Shown here in pieces: positions 55,027 through 64,000 of a stretch of DNA of 64,000 nucleotides. A model generated the notes under the pieces. It saw nothing but the letters and a program-made list of their open reading frames with translations, was not told where the DNA came from and searched no databases. Numbering within the stretch: the stretch's first letter is position 1; each line of letters begins with the position of its first letter. Origin of the DNA: Gemmatimonadales bacterium (GTDB lineage Bacteria; Gemmatimonadota; Gemmatimonadetes; Gemmatimonadales; JACORV01); NCBI GenBank assembly GCA_049513575.1, contig JBEKVZ010000013.1, positions 22,062 through 86,061 of the forward strand, read 5' to 3'. A program made the position numbers and the translations under genes.

Positions 55027-56099
55027 GCGGCGCCCGAGGGGGGGGGTCTCTGGCGCGGCGCGTGTGGCGCGGCGAGTCGGGCGGCGCCCGCTTCCTGCGC
55101 GTCGCACTCCTGATCCCGGCGGCGCTCTACCGGGCGGGGGTGGGCCTGCGCAACGCGGCCTTCGACACCGGACTGCTCCGGTCGCGTGCCCTGCCCGCGC
55201 CGTCAGTGGGCGTCGGGAACATCGCCGTCGGCGGAACGGGGAAGACGCCGATGGCTGCGTACATCGCCGCCGAGCTGGTGCGGCGCGGCCGGCGGCCCGG
55301 CATCCTGCTCCGCGGCTACCGCGGCGGGGATGAGGCCTCGGAGCACGCCGAGCGAGTGCCAGGCGCGGTGGTCGTGGCGGAAGCAGACCGGCGCCGTGGG
55401 GCGCTCCGCGCCATCCGGGAGGGTGCCGATGCGCTGGTGCTGGACGACTGCCTCCAGCGGCGGGACGTCCGGACCGACTTGCTTCTGGCCGTGCTCGCCG
55501 CCGAGTCGGCGGGGGAGCGGATGTGGCCGCTGCCCGCCGGACCGTGGCGGGAAGGGCTGGGCGCCCTCCGGCGCTGCGATGCCGTCGTGGTTACCTATAA
55601 GGTGGCCCCCTCCGAAGTTGCGGCCGCCGAAGCCCGGCGACTGGCAGGCCGTACCCGTCTCGGGGTGGGGGTCGCCGCAGGGCTCAAGTTGGCACGTTTC
55701 CTGCCACTTACGGGCGGTGCGCCGCTGCCGGCGGAGGTGCTCGCGGGCCGGGATGTCGTGGCGGTGTGCGGGATCGGCGCTCCGGAGCGGTTCGTGGAGC
55801 AGCTCGAGGCGCTGGGCGCCCGCGTGCGGCTCGTCGACTACGGCGATCACCACGCGTACGCGGCGTCCGATGCGGCCGCGGCGGTCGAGGCGGCGGGCCC
55901 CGACGGCCTGATCGTCACGACGGCGAAGGACGCGGTGAAGCTCCGCAGGCTGTACCGGGCCCAGGCTCCGATGTGCCTGGTCGCCGAGCTCGAGGTCCGA
56001 GTGACGTATGGTGAAGCAGATCTGGCGCGCCTGCTCGACCGGGCAGTGCGAAGGCAAACCAACCCTGTGACGGCGGCGGATCCGCCGTCGGCGAGATGA
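55023..56099 (+). CDS. lpxK: Tetraacyldisaccharide 4'-kinase
   Basis: [30 protein letters not shown] and TTAKDAVKL. Confidence 0.92.
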   Translation: MSGARGGGSLARRVWRGESGGARFLRVALLIPAALYRAGVGLRNAAFDTGLLRSRALPAPSVGVGNIAVGGTGKTPMAAYIAAELVRRGRRPGILLRGYRGGDEASEHAERVPGAVVVAEADRRRGALRAIREGADALVLDDCLQRRDVRTDLLLAVLAAESAGERMWPLPAGPWREGLGALRRCDAVVVTYKVAPSEVAAAEARRLAGRTRLGVGVAAGLKLARFLPLTGGAPLPAEVLAGRDVVAVCGIGAPERFVEQLEALGARVRLVDYGDHHAYAASDAAAAVEAAGPDGLIVTTAKDAVKLRRLYRAQAPMCLVAELEVRVTYGEADLARLLDRAVRRQTNPVTAADPPSAR

Positions 56100-56107
56100 A
56101 GGATCCC

Positions 56108-57433
<1,326 letters not shown>

Positions 57434-57436
57434 CGC

Positions 57437-57467
57437 AGTTGCGAGTTGCGAGACGCCGAGTTGCGAG
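57437..57467 (+). repeat. Short (G)AGTTGCG heptamer-type repeat in the gdh-AMMECR1 spacer
   Basis: agttgcg agttgcg agacgccg agttgcg ag; a near-identical reverse-complement copy lies at 18387-18404. Confidence 0.6.
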
Positions 57468-57478
57468 AGGAGGCGCTC

Positions 57479-58054
57479 ATGAGCAACCAGGCGACGGCCG
57501 AAACCGCGCTGCTGTCGAGCGCGGCCCTCTCCGCGCTGCTGGAGTTGGCCCGCCAGACGGTGGTGGCGTCGGTGGAGGGCAGGGCGCTACCGAGGGTCCC
57601 CGACCTGCTCGAGCTGACCTGGCCGCGCGGCGTGTTCGTATCGCTCCACCGGCAGGGCGAGCTGCGCGGCTGCCTCGGGCATCTCGAGGCGGACATCCCG
57701 ATCGGAGAGGCGACGCGGCGGATGGCGGTTGCTACCTCGCGCGACGATCCCCGGTTCCTGCCGGTGACGCCCGACGAGCTGGGGGATCTCGAGGTCGAGG
57801 TCTCGGTGCTCTCGCCCTTCGAGCGGATCCGGCCGGAGGACGTGGTCCCGGGCCGCGACGGGCTCCTCATCCGGCGGGGGCCGCGCTCCGGCGTCCTGCT
57901 GCCGCAGGTGGCAACGGAGCACCGGTGGGACCGAGTGACCTTCCTGCGCGCCGTCTGCCAGAAGGCTGCCCTGCCGTCCGAGGCGTGGCAGGACGCGGCG
58001 ACGGAGCTGTGGGCGTTCCGCGCCCAGGTCGTGCCCCCGGGGGCGAGACCCTGA
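57479..58054 (+). CDS. AMMECR1-domain protein (AmmeMemoRadiSam system protein A)
   Basis: 'GVFVSL...LRGCLG', DDPRF, 'EVSVLSP', 'GVLLPQVA', 'CQKA'; GGAGG RBS. Confidence 0.9.
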   Translation: MSNQATAETALLSSAALSALLELARQTVVASVEGRALPRVPDLLELTWPRGVFVSLHRQGELRGCLGHLEADIPIGEATRRMAVATSRDDPRFLPVTPDELGDLEVEVSVLSPFERIRPEDVVPGRDGLLIRRGPRSGVLLPQVATEHRWDRVTFLRAVCQKAALPSEAWQDAATELWAFRAQVVPPGARP

Positions 58055-58073
58055 ACGGAGAAACCGCCAACCG

Positions 58074-59624
58074 ATGACGCTGCGATTCGACGCCGCGGCC
58101 CCGGACGGGCTGGACGCCGGGGCTCTGGACGCCGCGCGCGCGGCGCAGGAACGCCGCCGGTTCCCCGCCGCCGCGGCCGGGGCCCTCGTTGCGGCCGGGC
58201 GTGCTTCCGAGGCCAATCGCGACGCTCTCCTGGCGGGCCAGGCGCTCGCCGTCACCACCGGACAGCAGCCCGGGCTCTTCACCGGCCCGCTCTACACCGT
58301 CTACAAGGCTCTGACCGCGGCGGCGCTGGCCGAGCAGCTCGGCAGCCGCTGGGCACGGCCGGTCGTCCCCGTCTTCTGGGTGGCGGGCGACGACCACGAC
58401 TTCGCCGAGGTGAACCACTGCGCGGTGCTGGCGGTGGACGGATCGGTCCGCACCGTGACGCTCCGCGAGCGTCCGGCCGACGCCGCGATGCTTCCGGCCT
58501 TCCGGGAGATCGTCGGCGCGGACGGAGCCGCCGCCCTGGCCGCGCTCGAAGCGGCGCTCCCACCGAGCGAGTTCCGGTCGGAGACCGTCGCCTGGCTCGG
58601 CGCGGCGTATACGGCGGAGCGCTCGATGGCCGAGGCAGCCGCGGTCGCGCTGGCGTCCCTGCTCGAGCCGTTCGGCGTCGTCGTATGCAGGGGATGGGAC
58701 GGCGCGCTCAAGCGGGCCGCATCCGACGTCTTTCTCGAGGCACTCGGCTCGGCGCGCACTCTCGATGAGGCGCTCGGGCGCGAGGCGGCGCGGTTGAAGG
58801 CGTCCGGGGCCGCGGTCCCCGTAGCGGTCGGGGAGGGGATGACCCTGGCGATGCTCGAGGGGAAGATGGGCCGCGACCGGCTGCGAATGGCCGACGGCGC
58901 CTTCGTCACGCGCCGCTCGGGCGAAAGCCTCACGCTGAACGACATCGAGTCGGTTCTGCGATCCACGCCGGAGCGGCTGTCGGCCAACGTGCTCCTGCGG
59001 CCGGCGGTGGAGGCGCACGTCTTCCCGACGGTCGCCTACGTCGGGGGCCCCGCCGAGCTCGCGTATCTCAGGCAGGTCGGGCCCGTCTTCACGCACCTCG
59101 CCGTGCCGCGGCCCGTGCCGGTGTTGCGCCTCTCCGGTTTCCTCGTGGACGCCAAGACGGACAAGACGCTCGAGCGGCTCGGCCTCAAGCCGGCGGACCT
59201 GGCCCGGGACGAGAGCACGCTGGCCACGGCGCTGGCGAAGGACGCGCTCCCCGCGGATGCCGCGGGCGCCCTGGCGGCGCTGCGCGCTGCGATCGGAGAG
59301 CGCTACGTCGCCGTGCTGGAGGCGGCCCGACGCCTGGAGAGCACGCTCGAGCGGCCGATCGAAACCGTGAGGAACCAGGCGTTGCACGCGGTGGACGAGG
59401 TCGAGAAACGGCTCGTCGCGGCGCTGAAGCGGCGGAACGAGACGGCGCTGCAGCAGCTGGCACGCACGCGCGCGAGCCTCTTTCCCGGCGGCGAGCCGCA
59501 GGAGCGGGTCTTTACGACGGCGAGCTACCTCGCGCGCTACGGCCGCGAGTTGCTGCCGGTGCTGGCGGCCGCGGCTCGCGAGCACGCGGGGCGGCTACTT
59601 GATGCTCCTCCGGCGGGCACCTAG
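58074..59624 (+). CDS. bshC: Bacillithiol biosynthesis cysteine-adding enzyme BshC
   Basis: TGQQPGLFTGPLYTVYK, 'PVFWVAGDDHDFAEV', 'SANVLLRP', 'YVGGPAELAY' and 'PQER'. Confidence 0.92.
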   Translation: MTLRFDAAAPDGLDAGALDAARAAQERRRFPAAAAGALVAAGRASEANRDALLAGQALAVTTGQQPGLFTGPLYTVYKALTAAALAEQLGSRWARPVVPVFWVAGDDHDFAEVNHCAVLAVDGSVRTVTLRERPADAAMLPAFREIVGADGAAALAALEAALPPSEFRSETVAWLGAAYTAERSMAEAAAVALASLLEPFGVVVCRGWDGALKRAASDVFLEALGSARTLDEALGREAARLKASGAAVPVAVGEGMTLAMLEGKMGRDRLRMADGAFVTRRSGESLTLNDIESVLRSTPERLSANVLLRPAVEAHVFPTVAYVGGPAELAYLRQVGPVFTHLAVPRPVPVLRLSGFLVDAKTDKTLERLGLKPADLARDESTLATALAKDALPADAAGALAALRAAIGERYVAVLEAARRLESTLERPIETVRNQALHAVDEVEKRLVAALKRRNETALQQLARTRASLFPGGEPQERVFTTASYLARYGRELLPVLAAAAREHAGRLLDAPPAGT

Positions 59625-59633
59625 GTTACCGGG

Positions 59634-59930
59634 ATGGGCGCCGCCGTCATCATCCTCATCGCGTTCGCGTTGATGATCCCGCTGACCGCGATCGTGCTGG
59701 ATTCCCCGGTCGTGCGGGCCTGGGTCGAGCGAATGCACGGGGCACCGCTGGAGGGCGGGGCCGACCTTAGGGAGTTGACCAAGAAGGTCGGGATCCTCGA
59801 AGCGGATCTGGAGACCGTGACGCGCCAGCTGGCCCAGCTCCAGGAAGAGCATCAGTTCATGCAGCGGCTGCTCGAGGATCCCGCACAGCGGGCGGCCGCG
59901 CAGAAGTCCCTTCCCAAGTCCGGCTCCTAG
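59634..59930 (+). CDS. Small membrane-anchored coiled-coil hypothetical protein
   Basis: N-terminal TM helix plus heptad segment ending 'FMQRLL'. Confidence 0.65.
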   Translation: MGAAVIILIAFALMIPLTAIVLDSPVVRAWVERMHGAPLEGGADLRELTKKVGILEADLETVTRQLAQLQEEHQFMQRLLEDPAQRAAAQKSLPKSGS

Positions 59931-59932
59931 CC

Positions 59933-61498
59933 GTGCCGCGGTCCGGTGGAGGGCGCTCGGCGGCGCTCGTGGCCGCCGGGATCTTCCTCAGCCGCATCGC
60001 CGGCTTCATCCGTCAGTGGGTCATCAATCGGTACCTCGGGCTCGGCCCGGTGGCCGACGCGCTGGGTGTCTCGTTCCGCATCCCCAACCTGATGCAGAAC
60101 CTGTTCGGCGAGGGCGTGCTCTCGGCGTCGTTCATCCCGGTGTACGCGCGGCTGCTGAGCCAGGGGCGCGAGCGGGAAGCGGCGCGCGTCGCGGAGGCCG
60201 TCGCGTCACTGCTCACGCTGGTCGTGGCCGTCATCGTGGCGGTGGGCGTCGGCGCGACGCCGCTGGTCGTGGACGTGCTGGCGCCGGGCTACACTGGCGA
60301 CAAGCGGATGCTCGTCATCGTCCTGGTCCGGATCCTCTTTCCGGCAACCGGGGTCCTGGTCTTCTCCGCGTGGTGCCTCGGCATCCTCAACAGCCACCGG
60401 AAGTTCTTCCTCTCGTACACGGCGCCGGTGGTGTGGAACGCGGCGATCATCGTCGCGGCGATCCTCGGCCGGCACGAAGCGCAACTCCGCTTCGCGGTCT
60501 TCGTCGCGTGGGGCGCCGCGGCCGGCAGCGTGCTGCAGGTGCTGGTCCAGCTGCCCACCGTGCTGGCGCTGGCCCAAGGCCTGCAGTTCCGGACCAACCT
60601 CGACGACCCTGAGGTGCGCACCGTCGTCCGCAACTTCTGGCCTGCGCTCCTCGGTCGCGGCGTCAACCAGGTCAGCGCCTTCGTGGACACCGTGATCTCG
60701 ACGCTGCTGGGCAACAGCCCGGCCGCGGGGCTGGTCAACGCGCAGCTGCTCTACACCCTGCCGGTGAGCCTCTTCGGAATGTCGGTCGCGGCCGCGGAGC
60801 TGCCGGAGATGTCGGCGGTGCAGGGCTCGTTGGAGCAGCGCCACGCAGCCCTGCGGACGCGCCTGGTGGACGGCTCCCACCGGATCGCCTACTTCATCGT
60901 GCCCACGGCCGTGGGGTTCCTCGCCCTCGGCCAGGTGCTCGTGGCCCTGCTGTTCCAGACCGGGCGGTTCAGCGCGGCGAACAGCCGCTACGTGTGGGCG
61001 ATCCTGGCGGGGTCGGCCGTGGGGCTCCTCGCCTCGACGCTGAGCCGGCTCTCGTCGTCGGCGTTCTACGCGCTGGGCGACACGCGCACGCCGCTCAAGT
61101 TCGCCGCCGTCCGGGTCGGGCTCACCACCGTGCTCGGCTTCCTCTGCGCCGTGCCCCTGCCGGCCCTGCTCGGCCTGGAGCTCCGGTGGGGCGCCGTCGG
61201 GCTCACGGCGAGCGCGGGCTTTTCGGCATGGGTGGAGTTCGCGCTGCTCCGGCGCAGCCTCGCCGGCCGCATCGGCGCGACGCCCTTCGAGACAGGCTAC
61301 CTCCCGAAGCTTTGGACCTCGGCGCTGGTGGCCGGTGCCGCCGGCTGGGGGCTCTGGCTCGCGACGGGCCGGCTGGGTCCGATCACCTCCGGCGTCGCGG
61401 TCCTCGTGCCCTACGCGCTCGTCTACGGCGCGCTGACGCTGCTCTTCAAGATTCCCACCGCGCAGGCCATCCTCGCCCAGGCGCTCCGCCGTGCCTGA
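59933..61498 (+). CDS. murJ: Lipid II flippase MurJ (MviN)
   Basis: SRIAGFIR, 'FRIPNLMQNLFGEGVLSASFIPVY', 'FYALGDTRTP'. Confidence 0.95.
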   Translation: MPRSGGGRSAALVAAGIFLSRIAGFIRQWVINRYLGLGPVADALGVSFRIPNLMQNLFGEGVLSASFIPVYARLLSQGREREAARVAEAVASLLTLVVAVIVAVGVGATPLVVDVLAPGYTGDKRMLVIVLVRILFPATGVLVFSAWCLGILNSHRKFFLSYTAPVVWNAAIIVAAILGRHEAQLRFAVFVAWGAAAGSVLQVLVQLPTVLALAQGLQFRTNLDDPEVRTVVRNFWPALLGRGVNQVSAFVDTVISTLLGNSPAAGLVNAQLLYTLPVSLFGMSVAAAELPEMSAVQGSLEQRHAALRTRLVDGSHRIAYFIVPTAVGFLALGQVLVALLFQTGRFSAANSRYVWAILAGSAVGLLASTLSRLSSSAFYALGDTRTPLKFAAVRVGLTTVLGFLCAVPLPALLGLELRWGAVGLTASAGFSAWVEFALLRRSLAGRIGATPFETGYLPKLWTSALVAGAAGWGLWLATGRLGPITSGVAVLVPYALVYGALTLLFKIPTAQAILAQALRRA

Positions 61499-63299
61499 CG
61501 AAGCCCTTCAGCGCAAGCTGGAGAGCCTGCCCGACGCGCCCGGTGTCTACCTCTGGAAGAACGCCGCAGGCGAAGTCCTGTACGTCGGGAAGGCGAACAG
61601 CCTGCGGAGCCGGGTCCGGTACTACTTCGGCGACGAGGCCGCGGCCGACCCGCGCCTCCGGCTGATGGTGGAACGGATCACGGATCTCGAGACCATCGTC
61701 GTGCAGAGCCCCTCCCAGGCGCTGCTCCTCGAGAACAACCTCATCAAGGAGTACCACCCGCGGTTCAACGTGAACCTGCGGGACGACAAGCGGTATCCGT
61801 GGCTGGCGGTGACGATGCAGGAGCCGTTCCCGCGCGTCCTCGTGACGCGGAAGGCCGCCGACGACGGTGCGCGCTACTTCGGCCCCTACACGGACGTCGG
61901 TGCCCTGCGCCAGACGCTCCGGATCATCCGCCGCATCTTCACGGTGCGCTCGTGCCACTACGACCTGCCGGACGACGCGCCCGACCGGCCGTGCCTCGAC
62001 TATCACATCCGGAAGTGCAAGGCGCCGTGCGTGGAGTGGGAAACCAGGGAGGAGTATCGCCGGATGATCGGCGACGTGCTCCTCTTCCTCGAGGGGAAGA
62101 CGCTCGAGGTGCGCCAGCACCTGCGGGAGCGGATGCAGGCCGCGGCGGCCGCGACCGACTTCGAGCTGGCCGCTGAGCTCCGGGACGCGCTGAAGCGGCT
62201 CGACCAGATCGAGGAGCCCGCGACGGTCGAGCGGGTGGGCGGCGGCAACTGCGACGCGATCGGTCTGGCCCGCGACGAGGACGACGCGTGCGCGGTGGTG
62301 CTGCGGATCCGGGACGGGAAGGTGATCGGGAGCGAGCACACCTTCCTCGAGGGCGTGGAGGGCGTGAGCGAGAGCGAGGTCCTCACCGCGTTCGTGGTGC
62401 GCTATTACCTGCCGCGAGAGCGGCGTGCCCCCGTCGCGTACCTGCCTTCGATGCCGGCCGACGAGGCTGAGCTGGCCGAGGCGTTCGGCGAGGCCCACTA
62501 CGCGGTGCCGAGCCGGGGGTTGGGCCGGCGACTCGCGGACCTGGCGGACCAGAACGCGCGCCATCTGCTCGAGACGCTGCGGCTGGAGACGTTCGAGGGA
62601 GCGGAGCGTGCCGAGGACCCCGTGTATTCCCTCGGCCGCGATCTGGGGCTCGCCGCGGTGCCGCGGCGGATGGCGTGCATCGACATCAGCACGGCGCAGG
62701 GCAGGGACACGGTGGGCGCGATCGTCTGGTTCGAGAACGGGCGACCCAAGCGGAGCGAGTACCGCACCTTCAAGCTCAAGACCGTCGAGGGGCAGGACGA
62801 CTTCGCCTCGGTACACGAGGTGCTGACCCGCTGGTTCAGGCGCCGCCTCGACGAGAAGAAGGTGCTGCCGGATCTCCTGGTGGTGGACGGAGGGCGCGGG
62901 CAGCTCAACGCCGCGCTGGCGGCCGCGCAGGAGACGGCGGTGCCCGCTCTCACGATGGCGTCGCTGGCCAAGCGCGAAGAGGAGATCTACCTGCCGGAGC
63001 AGTCCGAGCCGCTGCGGCTGCCCCGGCGCAGCCCGGCGTTGAAGTTGTTGCAGCGCATCCGCGACGAGACGCATCGCGTGGCCGTGACGTTCAACCGGAA
63101 GCGGCGCGCCAAGCGCACGTTGACGTCGGAGCTGCTGGCGATCCCGGGCGTCGGCCCCTCGCGCCGGCGTGCGCTGCTGGAACGTTTCGGGTCCCTCGCG
63201 GGTGTCACGTCCGCCAGCTTCGAGGAATTGACGGCGGTGCAGGGGATTTCACGCGGCATCGCGGAGCGGATCTGGGCCCACCTTCACACCAAGGCCTAG
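61491..63299 (+). CDS. uvrC: Excinuclease ABC subunit C
   Basis: GIY-YIG 'PGVYLW..VLYVGKANSLRSRV', UVR domain, DGGRGQL, RDETHR and HhH. Confidence 0.97.
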   Translation: MPDEALQRKLESLPDAPGVYLWKNAAGEVLYVGKANSLRSRVRYYFGDEAAADPRLRLMVERITDLETIVVQSPSQALLLENNLIKEYHPRFNVNLRDDKRYPWLAVTMQEPFPRVLVTRKAADDGARYFGPYTDVGALRQTLRIIRRIFTVRSCHYDLPDDAPDRPCLDYHIRKCKAPCVEWETREEYRRMIGDVLLFLEGKTLEVRQHLRERMQAAAAATDFELAAELRDALKRLDQIEEPATVERVGGGNCDAIGLARDEDDACAVVLRIRDGKVIGSEHTFLEGVEGVSESEVLTAFVVRYYLPRERRAPVAYLPSMPADEAELAEAFGEAHYAVPSRGLGRRLADLADQNARHLLETLRLETFEGAERAEDPVYSLGRDLGLAAVPRRMACIDISTAQGRDTVGAIVWFENGRPKRSEYRTFKLKTVEGQDDFASVHEVLTRWFRRRLDEKKVLPDLLVVDGGRGQLNAALAAAQETAVPALTMASLAKREEEIYLPEQSEPLRLPRRSPALKLLQRIRDETHRVAVTFNRKRRAKRTLTSELLAIPGVGPSRRRALLERFGSLAGVTSASFEELTAVQGISRGIAERIWAHLHTKA

Positions 63300-63303
63300 T
63301 TCG

Positions 63304-64000
63304 ATGGACTGGACGCTGGAGTGCTCGGGCTGCCCGAGACGCCAGGACGCGAATGGTCTGCCGACGGTCTGCCCCGACTGCGGGTCGCCGTGGCTCGTGC
63401 GGTACGCCAGGCAGGTCGGCGCCGGCGCGCGCGCCATGCTGGAGAAGCGCGGCGGCGGGATGTGGCGCTACCGCGAGTTCCTGCCGCTCGTGGGCGATGA
63501 GGAGCCGATCACGCTGGGAGAAGGGACGACGCCGCTGCTCCCGGCGCGGCGGCTGGGCGAGGCACTCGGCCTCCCGGACCTCTGGGTCAAGGACGAGGCG
63601 GCCAATCCCACTGGCTCATTCAAGGCGCGCGGCCTGGCCGCCGCGGTGACGCGGGCGGTGCGGGCGGGCGCGACGCGGTTCGTTCTCCCGACGGCGGGGA
63701 ACGCCGGCGTCGCGGCGGCGGCGTACGGGGCGAAGGCCGGCGCGACGGTGCGGGTCTACGCGCCGAAGACGACGCCGCGCCCGCTCCTGGGGCAGATCGC
63801 CGCCTACGGGGCGCAGCTGGAGCTGGTGGACGGACACATCGGCGACTGCGGCAAGCTCGCGAAGGCGTATGCGGCCGAGACGCTCGCGATGGATCTCTCC
63901 ACCCTGCGGGAGCCGTACCGGATCGAGGGGAAGAAGACCCTCGGCCTGGAGATCGCGGAGCAGCTCGGCTGGCGGCTGCCGGGAGCGATCATCTATCCGA
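63304..64000 (+). CDS. thrC: Threonine synthase (3' truncated by window edge)
   Basis: Translation from ATG 63304: CxxC..CxxC, 'MWRYREFLP', 'LGEGTTPL', 'NPTGSFKARG', 'RIEGKKTLGLE'. Confidence 0.88.
   Translation, partial: MDWTLECSGCPRRQDANGLPTVCPDCGSPWLVRYARQVGAGARAMLEKRGGGMWRYREFLPLVGDEEPITLGEGTTPLLPARRLGEALGLPDLWVKDEAANPTGSFKARGLAAAVTRAVRAGATRFVLPTAGNAGVAAAAYGAKAGATVRVYAPKTTPRPLLGQIAAYGAQLELVDGHIGDCGKLAKAYAAETLAMDLSTLREPYRIEGKKTLGLEIAEQLGWRLPGAIIYP

Noticed and set aside
55038-55046. G9 tract near the 5' end of lpxK as a phase-variation switch
   Set aside because: It encodes a Gly run in frame, lpxK is usually essential, and the start site is uncertain, so there is no supporting evidence.

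Overview
High-GC bacterial chromosome segment. Gene content (LpxC-FabZ fusion, McsA/McsB/ClpC inside a lipid A/Bam operon, BshC, PorV-like protein, kinase-TPR protein) suggests Gemmatimonadota; this is an inference, not a database result. Most of the window is housekeeping: murI, lpxH, lptE, rph, rdgB, fhs, a complete 16S-23S-5S operon with no spacer tRNAs, era, plsY, prfB with its +1 frameshift, lysS, lolE/D, mcsA-mcsB-clpC, bamA-skp-lpxD-lpxC/fabZ-lpxA-oxidoreductase-lpxB-lpxK, gdh, bshC, murJ, uvrC and partial thrC. Three features stand out. (1) At 18.4-20.6 kb an intact tRNA-Pro(TGG) is flanked by a detached 5' half upstream and a detached 3' half downstream, both ending exactly at the 7-nt anticodon loop TTTGGGA. 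The downstream interval carries a sigma54-type promoter and two tandem type IV pilin genes, and no integrase is present. (2) A minimal bacterial microcompartment operon (two BMC-H genes, acylating aldehyde dehydrogenase, PduL, thioesterase) has no pentamer or signature enzyme. It also has an 8-bp x7 repeat in the linker before the dehydrogenase encapsulation peptide, and loss of one unit would fuse the dehydrogenase in frame to PduL. (3) Palindromic arrays of GTGAGA-type units fill the gaps between convergent genes. No CRISPR array, transposase or integrase was seen.
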